From contig CBFIJH010000009.1 of the NCBI GenBank assembly GCA_965662895.1, positions 20,496 to 84,495 on the forward strand: a stretch of 64,000 nucleotides of DNA. The letters run 5' to 3'. Below, piece after piece: positions 28,197 through 38,725 of the stretch. Within the stretch, counting starts at the first letter, position 1, and each line of letters starts with the position of its first letter. The notes below the pieces were generated by a model. The model was not told the DNA's origin. It was given only the letters and a program-made list of their open reading frames with translations, and did not search any database. The position numbers and the translations under genes are program-made. This DNA is from Candidatus Poseidoniaceae archaeon. Its GTDB lineage: Archaea > Thermoplasmatota > Poseidoniia > Poseidoniales > Poseidoniaceae.

Positions 28197-31100
28197 CTAA
28201 TCCTTCCATTCCATCCAATCGGTTCGTCCAGGTTCTCTGTAGTACCACGTTCCGTCTTCACTCTGAGCCCACTCGGTACCATCGTCCTCGACGCGATAAT
28301 CTGCCATCCAACTCGTGTCTTCTTCCTCGCCTTCATCCTGAGGAACTTCAGGTTCAACCGTTGCCGGTGCAGGGCCGGTTGGTCCAGGTGCTGGTCCAGA
28401 TGGACCGGGTGCTCGACCGCTAGGACCTGGCGCTGGACCTGTCGGTCCACGAGATGCTTGAGATGGTTCATCGTCATCGTCGTCCTCGTAGTCATCATCA
28501 TCCCAATCATCATCTCGACTCGATCGAATCGCCATAACAAGGAGTGCGAGTAGGACGACAACAACCAGAGCGGCGAGTACACCGCCAATGTAGTACAACG
28601 TACCTCCTGCAGCAAAGAATCCTGCGAAGGTTCCTGTAACTTCGATTTCAAAGGCTTCGCTTACCTTGCCCGCAGAGACAGTAAGCGTTTGTGGCCCGCT
28701 TTCAAGCGTCGTGACCGTCCATACACCCTGTTCTGTGGATTCGACGGTCGCACCTCCAGTTGCATCAACTCGTGCGCTGCTTGGAACTGGTATTTGGTTT
28801 CCAAATCGGTCAAATGCTCGTACAGTAACCTCAACGGAGGCTTGCTGTTCAACTGTGGTTGCAGACAAGTCAACTTCGATGTACTCAACAACCATCTGTG
28901 GTGAAATCTTGATCTCGAAGGTATTGCTTACACCCTGAACGAAATATTCCATTGTGTGATTGCCCGCAGCAGACGCTTGGTAGGTGTAGGCGCCCGTGCT
29001 GTCCGCTACAGGAATAATTCGGTCGGTTTCTGAACCATCTTCAATCCATTCGACATCTTGGTCGAAGATGTTCCCATCACTGTCTGTTCCAGTGATCGAA
29101 ATTTCAATCGATTCTCCAGCATCCTCATCAAATGTATTGAGCACATGATCAAGAGAAACTGGAACTCCGTGGTCAACCGATATGTCAACTGAGCGAGTGT
29201 AATTGAACCCATTTGCATTTTCAACAAAGGCTGTGATTCGATACGTTCCAACGGTCGTAGCGTCCCACTGGTATCCATCGGCAGCAAAGTCTGTCGTGAA
29301 ATCAACAATTTCGCCAGAATCGACATCCTCAAACAACCACGTCAACACGTTCTCGTCAATCGGGTTCAAATCGCCATCACTCAACGAGGTGGAGAAACCA
29401 ATCGATTCATCTGCTGTAATCTCAAACACAGTTCCAGTATCACCGCCGGAAGCAACAGCGTCCATGGTGAAGAATTGTATGGTTCCAACAGAAACCTCAA
29501 CGTTGACAATCTTGCTGAAAAGTTGGCCATTCGAGGTGTATTCAGCACGCAACGTGTATGCTTCGGAAGAGGCGAGAACTGGTCGGAATTCCGTCTCGTC
29601 TGAAAGAGATGTTGAAAGAGCATTCTGATCGTTCCACTCAGGATGAGCAATCGTCCAATTCACGTCGATTGTCCAACGGTTTCCTTTTGCATCGGATGCT
29701 TTGGCTTTCACAATCAGTACATCATCAGAAGTGATGGCAAATGATTCTCCCGCAGCATCTTCAGCATCGACGAGAAGAACCATATCGACCATGACCCCTT
29801 TGGTGACATTGATGGTGACGGATTCAGTGATGGTCTCATACTGTGCAGTTAGGACGCGTCCACCCAATCCATTCGGCGTCCATACAGCAGGTTGGGTAGG
29901 TGCTGTGGTGAGATTACCATCGTCGACTGAGGTCCAATTTGCATAGGGCAAATCAACCGAAAGTCGGTTGCCTTGTACGTCGATTCGTGTTGTGTTGAGG
30001 TAGACAACTTCATCTGCAGTGATGTCCCAAGTTGATGGCACTATTTCCAACGATGCCATCGCTCCATGCCCCGTCTGAATGCTTATCGAATCCGACAGCC
30101 CAATCGTCGTGGTGACCGAGAGTTGCCAGGTACCAACCGTATTTGCAAAATACATGTTGCTTGCTTCATTGTACGAACCATCGGTGACGGTGTATGTAAG
30201 GACACCCGCTTCGCTAAGTGGAATCGTGTTTCCAAACTGATCGTACAGCGTCGTCGTTATTTCACACTCAGTTCCTGCAGGAACCAATCCACTGCAACCC
30301 ATCAGAACAACATCGGTTGGAGCGCCCAATTCAACAAGCACGTCGACGACGATGGAGGTTGTACTCCAGTCGACCGTGATGGTTTGAGCACCGACGCTGT
30401 ACGGCTGGAAGACGTCACCAAACGTGCCACCCATCGTACCGTTGCTTGGTGTAAAAGTAATGCTTTCACCCGGAACGATGTTGTCGAATTGATCGACGAC
30501 AATCGCAGACAACGGCAAGGTCTCATCAGCGGTTATTGTTGCAGTAAGAGGCGTGACTATCAACTCAACCGGAGCACCAGGCGTGACCGTCACGGTTTCA
30601 TCCTCACAAAGAACACCGAAACAGGCTGTGACGGTATGCGTTCCAACAGCATATGGCGTAAACAATCCGGTTGAATCAATTGAACCATTTGTTACCGACC
30701 AAACGACAGGTACACTCGCAGCGAGTGCATTGTAATCAAACGTCGAAGCGCTAAACTGGACCGTCGAATCAGCGTCTGTGGTTGATGTTGCAGGTGAAAT
30801 AGTGATGGAATCAATATCGGTATAATTCATCAGCAGGAGCGGACGATTTGCTTCAGTTGCATCACTGTTGTCGGCAAAATCTGCTTCCATCCAGCCTTGA
30901 GTCGGTGTTCCGATAATCACCCAGCTATGAACACCGTCGATGTACATCATACGGTGGCCCAAATCGAACAGGATTGAGGTTCCAGAAGCTTGCGAATTGC
31001 TGATGAAGACCGTGTCGAGAGGTGTTGCATCATAATCAACACCCGCCTGCATGCCTTGAGCAGCCCACATTCCAGTTCCAGTCCCGTTCCATGTCGCTGT

Positions 31101-34100
31101 TGATTCTGACCAGCCTGAGGTGATGACTCGATGCACTGAGAACGTCATTCCTGTCGCACCAGCGCCGTAATTCAAATCCTCGAGGTACATGCTCAAAACG
31201 ACGGAATGTACGTTCATGTTCGAATTCAATGGAACCTGTCCGAAATCAGCACTGAGGAGCAAACGGTACTCATCCTGCGAAGCGTCAACACCAATCACGT
31301 TGGTGTTCCCATCGAGGTTGGAATCAGGGAGTCCACTGAAGATGGAAACATCTTCGACCTTGGTATGTGCAAGTTCTTCAATTTCGTTTCCAGTTTGGAA
31401 TTTGTACGTCCACGTGTGGTCGTTGTTGTCCGAGGTTTGCGGATCACCTACACCAACAATCCAACGTGATGACGATGGTCCTGGAATCGATCCGTTCACC
31501 GCTTGGACCCACCATTCAAAGGTTGATCCTGGTTTTGCTGAATCTGCAAAAGTGAAACTTGTTCCAGAAATCTGACTTGACGTCGCAGACCTGAATGTGT
31601 ACTGTCCTGTTTCGTTTCGTATGGTGACAACGTAGCCCGTCGCTCCCGTAACTGCGTTCCAGGTCAGTGTGGGCTTGTCGATTGAAGCCAACATATCTGA
31701 TGACGTATCGTAAAGAATTCCGCCATCGACCGGAGAGAGAAGAGTCGGTTGTCCCGGTGGAACAATTCCATCAACGTTGTCAACGTAGTCGATTCGAAGT
31801 GTTGGGCGCAGAGACTCCGTTGCGTATTCACCAGAGGCAAATGTATGGAAGCTGCCTCCCGAACCAACAGCCTTGAGTTGGATGGTCATCGTGAGGTTGC
31901 CGTTTGCAATGTTCGACTGTGCGAGCGAAGTGATGTCCCATTCAAGCCATCCCGATGGAGGTGTAACAGAAAGCGTCGAACGTGTGATTTCTGTAGCACT
32001 ACATGCAGGTGGTTGGAGTGCAGTGACACTCGATTCTGTAAAGCTCGAACAAGCGTGAGCGCTCACCGTAAGTGGAGAGACACCAGCGACTTGCGTTCGA
32101 TACAATCGAAGCATGGTCGAAGTCGGCGTCATTGCACTTGGCCAAGGCATCTGCGAGAGATCGTATTCAATGAAAATCTCATGGTCACCTGATGAACTTG
32201 CACCCAATTTGAGTGTCGTACTACTACCGTAATTTGTGTTCAATGCAGAAGAAACGGTATGTGTATCTGGAGCTGCTGGTAGCAATCCCGTATTGGAGAA
32301 AATCGAACCACTCGAGAGATTCACCGTGTGATTCCCTGCGCCATCATCGTAGCCTTGGTCATCAGGTACTCGGTATGTGTTGACTTGCGACCATTCGCCC
32401 CATCGAAGGTAATCGCCTACAACTTGTTGATACGACAACACCTGCCAGTAAATCCACTGATCTCCAGAACTGATGTTGAGCGCTCTAAGCGTGGAATTTT
32501 GTGCATCCCAGACAAGGTCATCCGCCTCACTCAGTGCAGTGGCGTTTTGTGTATCCAAACAACTGCGATCGTAAATCATGCGGGGATCAGAGGCACTGCA
32601 TATGTAGAAACCTGTTTGGTTGGTGGACGGTGGCATCCAAGAGATGTTCACGTGGTCCGCTCCAGCAGGTCTTGGAGATGACATGTTCCAAAGGGTTGAA
32701 CCGTCAGCAGGCAGCAAACCTGTTGGACTGGAATCGACGTAGGCATTTGTCATTCGATACGTGATGTTCAGAGACGGACGAAGTGCTGTGCTTGCCTCGT
32801 TGCTCGAATAGAAATCGAGTCGGCCGTCAACATTGCTGTTGTTTTCTTCCGCTTGGACAAGGAAGTGAAGCGTTGTCAAACCGTTCGCAACTGCTTGTTG
32901 AAGCATGAGGGTAATGTCTCCACGCTGTGTTGCATTCGATGAATCAAGCAAGCCTGCTCCCTCGAGTGGGATATCAGTATCAGATGAATGATAAGCACCA
33001 GGAGCGTTCCAAAGCGTTGAGCTCGTAGCATTGTTCCAGTTGGCATCACCATCGAAGGCGGTATTGAGTACCGATGCACTCCACCACACTTCGCCATAAC
33101 TCGTCGACTTCGAATTCAACGTGAAGAAGGCATCCATAATCTCGTAATTTCCGTTGATGGGTAACGTTGTCAAGTCAACGGAAACGATGAACGACGATCG
33201 TTGTGAAGTACTCGGTGTGGAGGGTGAACGACCCACACTTATTGTCCCAGAGTTGTAGAGATTCGAGTTCGGTGAAGCGGAGTCAAGCGTTGTATCCGTG
33301 ATGAATCCTGACGGCTCGTTCAGATCAGGCATGAACCCTCCTTCTGTGACGTTGATGTAGCCCCATGTACTGTTGATTTCGTTTCCAATATCATTCGGAA
33401 TGTGGAAAACGGAACTTGTTGAGCGAGGCCCAAGCATGCTGTTGTTGATGGGTTGCACGAACCATCGTATGCTTTGATTCGTTGAAAGATCACTTGGAGG
33501 TTGGAAGGAAAGATTCTGTAGGTCAAAGAGATTGCTTTGTTCCCTCGAATCGTACGTTGTGAATCCTTCCATGATATCAGCAGCGTCTTCCTGGATGAAG
33601 AATCTCCAAGCTTCAACATTCGCAGCATTGCTGTGCGTCCATGAAATGGCCGGGCGTGTTGAAGGTTCTGGGACGTGCCCGCTCAAATTCCAAGCAATCG
33701 AACCATCGGCTGGTAAAGCATTGCTCGCTGCGACAGTTGGTATCGGTGCGAGACCATCGCTCCATGTGAGGTTGAGCCAAGGTCGGTCGGAGGCTGCTCC
33801 CTCGGTGCTTGTGAAGGTAACCAATCCTGTGGACGAATCACTCGCCATTAATGCAACAGAAAGGTAGGAATCACCATTGGCAAGTGCAGCCTGCACAAGT
33901 TCTGTGACATCCCATTCCATCCAGTTGCCGGAGGTCGATGTGGCAATGTCGCTCAGTGAACCGACATCTGACCCGATGGCACGTCCACCATCTGTTGTCC
34001 AGTTGTTGGTGCCATCGTATGAGGAATTGTTGAGTTGGGTCGTCCAAGGTTGCAAAACTGGGCGGACGGCGATTTTCACATCTGTACCCGATCCAAGCTG

Positions 34101-37100
34101 AGGTAAGAGTGAAAGTTCCGCATGCGTCACTCTCGCGTTGGAGGGCGATGGGATTTGGTTGAGTGGAATCTTGAGCAGTGCACTCGCATGATGTCCGCTC
34201 GACAACGTCCCAACTTTCAAAGAAGGTGAAGACGAGTAATTTTGCTGACCTTCAAAGCCGCCATCAGCAAGCCATGTGTCAACAAAGTGTGGCAGGAGTA
34301 AATCAGGCATTGCATCGTGGTGACGTAGTTCAACGGCAGCCTCGGTCGAAGATAGGTTCCACGTTGTCAGGGAGGGGAGTTTGAAGTGGAAGGTGTTGGA
34401 CCAATTACCGAGTTGATTGGTTGATGAAATAGCACGCACTCTCCAATACCAAATTTTTCCATCGTCCAAATCCGATGTTGGAGTGAAAGATTTGTTGGCC
34501 ACGTCAAATCCTGAGTTTGACCATGATGTTTCAATGGTCATGTTGGCGCTGTTGAAGGTAGCAACATCGTCCATTTGGATAGCATAACCACTCACACTGA
34601 CCGCAGAGGATTGGGTCCAATTCATCGTCGGCCGATCGAGAGGTTCAGGATTAATGCCGTCTTTGACGCTCCAAGACCCATTGAGTGGCAGAACCGGGAC
34701 CGGTTCAATTGGAACCGCATCGGAACCAGGTACATACACAAAGGTCAATTCAGGCCGCTTGGATTCAATTGCAGAGCCTGTATGGAGAAGTACGTCACGT
34801 GTTTGACCAGTTCCAGCACCGATGACGCCAAGAATGAAATCGGCAGAGTGGTTTTCCCGCATCGCGTTCTGAACGGCGAGTGTCACGTTCCACGTTGCTG
34901 AGGAACTTGAAGTAAATCCTGAACCGATTGTGGTTGTGTCAAGAAGAGAGCCACGGTCTGACCCCTTCGCACCGGCTGTTGACCACAAATTTGTACCGTC
35001 GTACGTCGACCAGGTCGCTCCTTCTTGCGTCCAATTATTTCTCTGATTTTCCCATGCACCAACAATTGGTGTACCGGTCGGACTTTCTTGGAGATACACC
35101 TCAAGTTGAGCTGATTCAACAGCATAACCTGCAGGAAGGAAGGTGGTCGAAAGATCGCAGCCAAACAATACCGTTGTCTCTGAAGGGTAGGTGTTGTAGG
35201 AAATCTGCAATTCCTCTTCCGAACCATAGTTCGAATTTGGTTGACCCGAATCGATGTAGGCATCTGCACAATGTGGATACAGCCCGTCGGAACTCGCATT
35301 TCCTTGCTTAAGCCTAAACTCATATCGGTCTCCACCAAGCCATGTCGAGCTCAATGCACTGATGAGGAAGGAAGATGAGGACCACTCTCCATGACGCCCG
35401 TTGGAGTCGACGTGAAGCATACGCCAGTGGTACATGTGCCCTGTCTCGAGAACGTTTTCACCATCAAAGGTAAACTCACCGTCGGAGACAACAAGATTGT
35501 TATCGATGCGTGTATCGAGTCTCAGAACCCTGTCGTGGAAGGACGATTCTGTTGAAATCTCAAGAATCATATCGTACGTTGATGATGTCGACGACTGCCA
35601 ACCAATTGTTGGGGTTTGATTGCCCGTGAAGTTATGCCCTGATTGATTCCAAAGGGTTTCTCCATCCCATGGAGTTGTTAATGCAGGTGCAACGGTGACT
35701 GGAGCCGACCAATCGTAGGTGATGTACAATTTCGGTTTGTTGGAATCCAGCATCGAATCGGATGAATGGAATTCGAACGAATCAAGGCCACTACTCACCG
35801 CATAGTCACCATTGGCCGAACGTGCTGTCAATGCGAGGTCAATTGAATCAGGACCGCTGGTGTCCAAATGCTGCTGGAGCATACTCGTCATGTCAAATGA
35901 AAATTGATCGCTGGATTGGGCGCCATCAACCCCTGAATCGCTCGCAAGCCCGATTGAGCCTCGCCCACCATCGGTCCACGTTTGGCCTGATGTAGGGCGG
36001 CGCCATGTGACCTCGTTTTCAACCCACAGATCAACGGAATCCATTTGGTGCAGAGCGAGTGTTGGCGAACCTACTGTGGATACGCGGGTCAAATTCAACG
36101 AGGCATCAAGAATCGAGGCGTTTGAATGCAAGCCTAAACGATCAAAATTTATCCTGAAGTGTGAGATTGACTCACGGGATGTTGTGACTTGCGTTTTGAG
36201 TGTCATCGAAGACCCGTAATTCACGTTCTTGTTGTCCTCATCAACGTATGCATCTTCAATAAAATCCACATCTGTTGAAAGATCGTTCGAATCAACAATG
36301 ATTGTTGCTGAACCATTGGCATTGGCGATGACGTTATGCGAAGGTAGGAAGAAAAATCCACTCGTCCATGGTCCGAGGATTCCAGTTGAATCCATTGCTC
36401 GCATACGATAGTGCATTTCAGTCCCATTGTCAAATGCATCGGATTGAGGAATTGTGAGTGAACCCGTCGCTCCCGTTATCGAAAAACTGCCAGTATTGAT
36501 ATTGGAATTGTAAAGCCAGTTGTAATCGTCTTGTGCGTCTTTAAATCCATCATTGAGCGACAATTGAACCTCTGCCAGACTGCCTGAATACGACGTCCAA
36601 GTCATTGTCGGTGTCAAGTCTGCTGTGAGGATAAAATCTCCTTTCATCAGAGGCTTTCCATCTTGAACGAAGTTCGGAGAAATAGCTCCCCCAGTTCCCG
36701 GAGCGGTTGGCGTCGCATCCACAGCTAGGGATGGGCGATTTGCCGCGTTTGGGCCTTCACTCATCGTGCAGTTGTGTTGTGAGCCGTGAGCAGATATGAC
36801 CAAACCAAAGTTTGTTGCGCTGGATGCAACAGCAGATTGCAAAAGGGCAGTGACGTTTAACTGAATGAGATTTGAACCTCCTCCAGACCCTAAAGACGGT
36901 GTAACGGCAGGAGGTTCCCAATCACTACGATCGTTCCCATCCTCAGCACCGTTACTGTTCCATGGAGCCAAACCATTGCGAGTGTTCCAGGTCGCATTTG
37001 CGTCCCAAGCGATTTTTGTCGAGGCGGGATAGACTCCCAAAGGATTCGACGCCCCCCCAACCGTACAAAACAGCTCCAAAGTGGCTGAATGAATTGTATC

Positions 37101-37388
37101 CGTCGTTGCGTAATTGTTCGGGAAGGAGATCAAAATTCGAGCATCACTGCTACCTGAAACGCCAAGCAGTGCCGAGGCAGCGGTTGGATAAGCGAGAGTA
37201 GGATTTGCTGAATCGATGTACGTATCGACCTGCGGACCAATAATTGTAATCGAGTGTTGTATTGTAGGCTCATCATCAAGAAGATCTGGAGCGGGGAATG
37301 CAGAAGGAACAAAGACATCTGCAAAAAGGAACATCAGAATTAGAGTAACTGCAGTGAAAACATTTCGGTTTGTGGCATTTTGTCTCAT
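28197..37388 (-). CDS. Giant surface protein (~3,063 aa): 7 DNRLRE/CBM96-like domains alternating with fn3-like domains, Ig stalk, TM, cytoplasmic Pro-Gly and Trp-rich tail
   Basis: Seven D-T/A-x-I/V-D...NY/G starts ending in RP-x-L-x-I-x-Y at ~330-aa spacing; W-R-V/M-R-A fn3-like motifs; D-x-x-G-N stalk repeats; start moved to ATG 37388. Confidence 0.85.
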   Translation of the reverse strand: MRQNATNRNVFTAVTLILMFLFADVFVPSAFPAPDLLDDEPTIQHSITIIGPQVDTYIDSANPTLAYPTAASALLGVSGSSDARILISFPNNYATTDTIHSATLELFCTVGGASNPLGVYPASTKIAWDANATWNTRNGLAPWNSNGAEDGNDRSDWEPPAVTPSLGSGGGSNLIQLNVTALLQSAVASSATNFGLVISAHGSQHNCTMSEGPNAANRPSLAVDATPTAPGTGGAISPNFVQDGKPLMKGDFILTADLTPTMTWTSYSGSLAEVQLSLNDGFKDAQDDYNWLYNSNINTGSFSITGATGSLTIPQSDAFDNGTEMHYRMRAMDSTGILGPWTSGFFFLPSHNVIANANGSATIIVDSNDLSTDVDFIEDAYVDEDNKNVNYGSSMTLKTQVTTSRESISHFRINFDRLGLHSNASILDASLNLTRVSTVGSPTLALHQMDSVDLWVENEVTWRRPTSGQTWTDGGRGSIGLASDSGVDGAQSSDQFSFDMTSMLQQHLDTSGPDSIDLALTARSANGDYAVSSGLDSFEFHSSDSMLDSNKPKLYITYDWSAPVTVAPALTTPWDGETLWNQSGHNFTGNQTPTIGWQSSTSSTYDMILEISTESSFHDRVLRLDTRIDNNLVVSDGEFTFDGENVLETGHMYHWRMLHVDSNGRHGEWSSSSFLISALSSTWLGGDRYEFRLKQGNASSDGLYPHCADAYIDSGQPNSNYGSEEELQISYNTYPSETTVLFGCDLSTTFLPAGYAVESAQLEVYLQESPTGTPIVGAWENQRNNWTQEGATWSTYDGTNLWSTAGAKGSDRGSLLDTTTIGSGFTSSSSATWNVTLAVQNAMRENHSADFILGVIGAGTGQTRDVLLHTGSAIESKRPELTFVYVPGSDAVPIEPVPVLPLNGSWSVKDGINPEPLDRPTMNWTQSSAVSVSGYAIQMDDVATFNSANMTIETSWSNSGFDVANKSFTPTSDLDDGKIWYWRVRAISSTNQLGNWSNTFHFKLPSLTTWNLSSTEAAVELRHHDAMPDLLLPHFVDTWLADGGFEGQQNYSSSPSLKVGTLSSGHHASALLKIPLNQIPSPSNARVTHAELSLLPQLGSGTDVKIAVRPVLQPWTTQLNNSSYDGTNNWTTDGGRAIGSDVGSLSDIATSTSGNWMEWDVTELVQAALANGDSYLSVALMASDSSTGLVTFTSTEGAASDRPWLNLTWSDGLAPIPTVAASNALPADGSIAWNLSGHVPEPSTRPAISWTHSNAANVEAWRFFIQEDAADIMEGFTTYDSREQSNLFDLQNLSFQPPSDLSTNQSIRWFVQPINNSMLGPRSTSSVFHIPNDIGNEINSTWGYINVTEGGFMPDLNEPSGFITDTTLDSASPNSNLYNSGTISVGRSPSTPSTSQRSSFIVSVDLTTLPINGNYEIMDAFFTLNSKSTSYGEVWWSASVLNTAFDGDANWNNATSSTLWNAPGAYHSSDTDIPLEGAGLLDSSNATQRGDITLMLQQAVANGLTTLHFLVQAEENNSNVDGRLDFYSSNEASTALRPSLNITYRMTNAYVDSSPTGLLPADGSTLWNMSSPRPAGADHVNISWMPPSTNQTGFYICSASDPRMIYDRSCLDTQNATALSEADDLVWDAQNSTLRALNISSGDQWIYWQVLSYQQVVGDYLRWGEWSQVNTYRVPDDQGYDDGAGNHTVNLSSGSIFSNTGLLPAAPDTHTVSSALNTNYGSSTTLKLGASSSGDHEIFIEYDLSQMPWPSAMTPTSTMLRLYRTQVAGVSPLTVSAHACSSFTESSVTALQPPACSATEITRSTLSVTPPSGWLEWDITSLAQSNIANGNLTMTIQLKAVGSGGSFHTFASGEYATESLRPTLRIDYVDNVDGIVPPGQPTLLSPVDGGILYDTSSDMLASIDKPTLTWNAVTGATGYVVTIRNETGQYTFRSATSSQISGTSFTFADSAKPGSTFEWWVQAVNGSIPGPSSSRWIVGVGDPQTSDNNDHTWTYKFQTGNEIEELAHTKVEDVSIFSGLPDSNLDGNTNVIGVDASQDEYRLLLSADFGQVPLNSNMNVHSVVLSMYLEDLNYGAGATGMTFSVHRVITSGWSESTATWNGTGTGMWAAQGMQAGVDYDATPLDTVFISNSQASGTSILFDLGHRMMYIDGVHSWVIIGTPTQGWMEADFADNSDATEANRPLLLMNYTDIDSITISPATSTTDADSTVQFSASTFDYNALAASVPVVWSVTNGSIDSTGLFTPYAVGTHTVTACFGVLCEDETVTVTPGAPVELIVTPLTATITADETLPLSAIVVDQFDNIVPGESITFTPSNGTMGGTFGDVFQPYSVGAQTITVDWSTTSIVVDVLVELGAPTDVVLMGCSGLVPAGTECEITTTLYDQFGNTIPLSEAGVLTYTVTDGSYNEASNMYFANTVGTWQLSVTTTIGLSDSISIQTGHGAMASLEIVPSTWDITADEVVYLNTTRIDVQGNRLSVDLPYANWTSVDDGNLTTAPTQPAVWTPNGLGGRVLTAQYETITESVTINVTKGVMVDMVLLVDAEDAAGESFAITSDDVLIVKAKASDAKGNRWTIDVNWTIAHPEWNDQNALSTSLSDETEFRPVLASSEAYTLRAEYTSNGQLFSKIVNVEVSVGTIQFFTMDAVASGGDTGTVFEITADESIGFSTSLSDGDLNPIDENVLTWLFEDVDSGEIVDFTTDFAADGYQWDATTVGTYRITAFVENANGFNYTRSVDISVDHGVPVSLDHVLNTFDEDAGESIEISITGTDSDGNIFDQDVEWIEDGSETDRIIPVADSTGAYTYQASAAGNHTMEYFVQGVSNTFEIKISPQMVVEYIEVDLSATTVEQQASVEVTVRAFDRFGNQIPVPSSARVDATGGATVESTEQGVWTVTTLESGPQTLTVSAGKVSEAFEIEVTGTFAGFFAAGGTLYYIGGVLAALVVVVLLALLVMAIRSSRDDDWDDDDYEDDDDDEPSQASRGPTGPAPGPSGRAPGPSGPAPGPTGPAPATVEPEVPQDEGEEEDTSWMADYRVEDDGTEWAQSEDGTWYYREPGRTDWMEWKD
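28367..28449 (-). repeat. Coding tandem repeat, ~4 x 21 nt (GPxGPAP)
   Basis: Encodes GPTGPAP GPSGRAP GPSGPAP GPTGPAP in the cytoplasmic tail. Confidence 0.7.
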
Positions 37389-37436
37389 GGCGCTCGTTCG
37401 ACCTAAGATGTGCAAGGTTATGACTGATTCGGCGTA

Positions 37437-37456
37437 CGCCCCCCTAAAGGGGGGCG
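37437..37456. promoter_or_regulatory. Perfect inverted repeat CGCCCCCCT-AA-AGGGGGGCG in divergent promoter region
   Basis: 9-bp arms, 2-nt spacer, between the giant adhesin gene and rfcS; function inferred only. Confidence 0.4.
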
Positions 37457-37518
37457 AAAAATCCGCCTCAAAAAAAACAAACCGAATGTTGAAAGATGCT
37501 CGCCATTCTCTTGGATTT

Positions 37519-38478
37519 ATGAGCGAACTGTGGGTTGAACGACATCGCCCTCAGAGCGTTGATGAAATCCGAGGACAAGCATCCGTCGTGAGCCGATTAA
37601 CGGTGTATGCGGAACACAAAGAATTCCCGCACCTCCTCTTCGCAGGACCACCTGGCACTGGAAAAACCACAGCAGCAATGGCGCTCACCAAAGACGTCTT
37701 CGGGGAACATTACCGTGACAACCTCCTCGAAATGAATGCGTCGGACGAACGTGGTTTGGACAAAATTCGCTCGAAGGTAAAGCAATTTGCACGAACACAA
37801 CCATACGGAGATGCGAAATTCAAGATCATTTTTCTTGACGAATCCGATGCGCTCACCAACGATGCACAGGGTGCGCTGCGTCGTATTATGGAACAATATG
37901 CTGAAACGTGCAGATTCATCCTCTCATGCAATTACTCATCAAAAGTGATTGAACCAATTCAATCGAGATGCGCAGTCTTCCGATTCCGGCCGTTGGCCGA
38001 TTCTGAAGTACTCGATCAGGTCAAGCATGTAGCAAAGCAAGAAAATGTTGTCCTGGAGGACGATGCAGCCGAAGCACTCGCAAGGATTGCTCAGGGAGAC
38101 TTGAGGCGGGCAATTACTGCCCTTCAGGTGTCGGCAGCGATTAGTGAGAAAATTACGCGCTCAATTGTTTACGAGACCTCAGCGACTGCGCCACCGGAAG
38201 CCCTCCATCAGTACATCTTGGCTTGCAAAGACGATGGTTTTCATGTTGCTCGTCGACGTTTGCAAGAACTTCTGAACAAATATGGGCTTGCTGGTACGGA
38301 TTTCGTCGGTCAACTGCATCGCGAACTGTACAATGTGGATTTCATTTCTGAAATGGAGAAGCTTGACTTAACCGAAATCATGGCTGAAATCGATTATCGG
38401 CTCGTCGAGGGCGGTGGCGAAAAAATCCAATTGGATGCAATGACTGCTAAACTCGTTTCGATGCTTCGAAACCATTAG
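37519..38478 (+). CDS. rfcS: Replication factor C small subunit
   Basis: LWVERHRP, GPPGTGKT, EMNASDERG, IFLDESD, SRC, GDLR; start moved to ATG 37519; no intein. Confidence 0.95.
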   Translation: MSELWVERHRPQSVDEIRGQASVVSRLTVYAEHKEFPHLLFAGPPGTGKTTAAMALTKDVFGEHYRDNLLEMNASDERGLDKIRSKVKQFARTQPYGDAKFKIIFLDESDALTNDAQGALRRIMEQYAETCRFILSCNYSSKVIEPIQSRCAVFRFRPLADSEVLDQVKHVAKQENVVLEDDAAEALARIAQGDLRRAITALQVSAAISEKITRSIVYETSATAPPEALHQYILACKDDGFHVARRRLQELLNKYGLAGTDFVGQLHRELYNVDFISEMEKLDLTEIMAEIDYRLVEGGGEKIQLDAMTAKLVSMLRNH

Positions 38479-38548
38479 TTTCATTTCACTTTCACTTTTC
38501 AAAAAGCCCCAGCAACATCAACCTAGTCACGAAACGATTGGCCAGGAC

Positions 38549-38725
38549 ATGAACAAAACATTGGATGCACTCCTCGATGCCCTGTCATGGACACCTCTGG
38601 CCCGATTTATTCGAACGTATCGATTGCAACAAATGAATGAACGAACTGCAAAACTCCGTATGTCAAAAAAAATCGACTCAGTGTTTGAACGAATTCTCAG
38701 ACGTCATTCCGATTTGTTGTCTTGA
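38549..38725 (+). CDS. Small hypothetical basic helical protein (58 aa)
   Basis: Below track cut-off: MNKTLDALLDALSWTPLARFIRTYRLQQMNERTAKLRMSKKIDSVFERILRRHSDLLS; fills an otherwise empty gap. Confidence 0.35.
   Translation: MNKTLDALLDALSWTPLARFIRTYRLQQMNERTAKLRMSKKIDSVFERILRRHSDLLS

Noticed and set aside
28367-28449. Possible collagen-like or CRISPR-like repeat
   Set aside because: 7-aa period rather than Gly-X-Y, degenerate at third codon positions, no spacers; ordinary coding linker
37216-37518. Apparent 100-aa N-terminal extension of RFC-S
   Set aside because: Overlaps the start of the divergent giant gene; homology begins at MSELWVE (37519)
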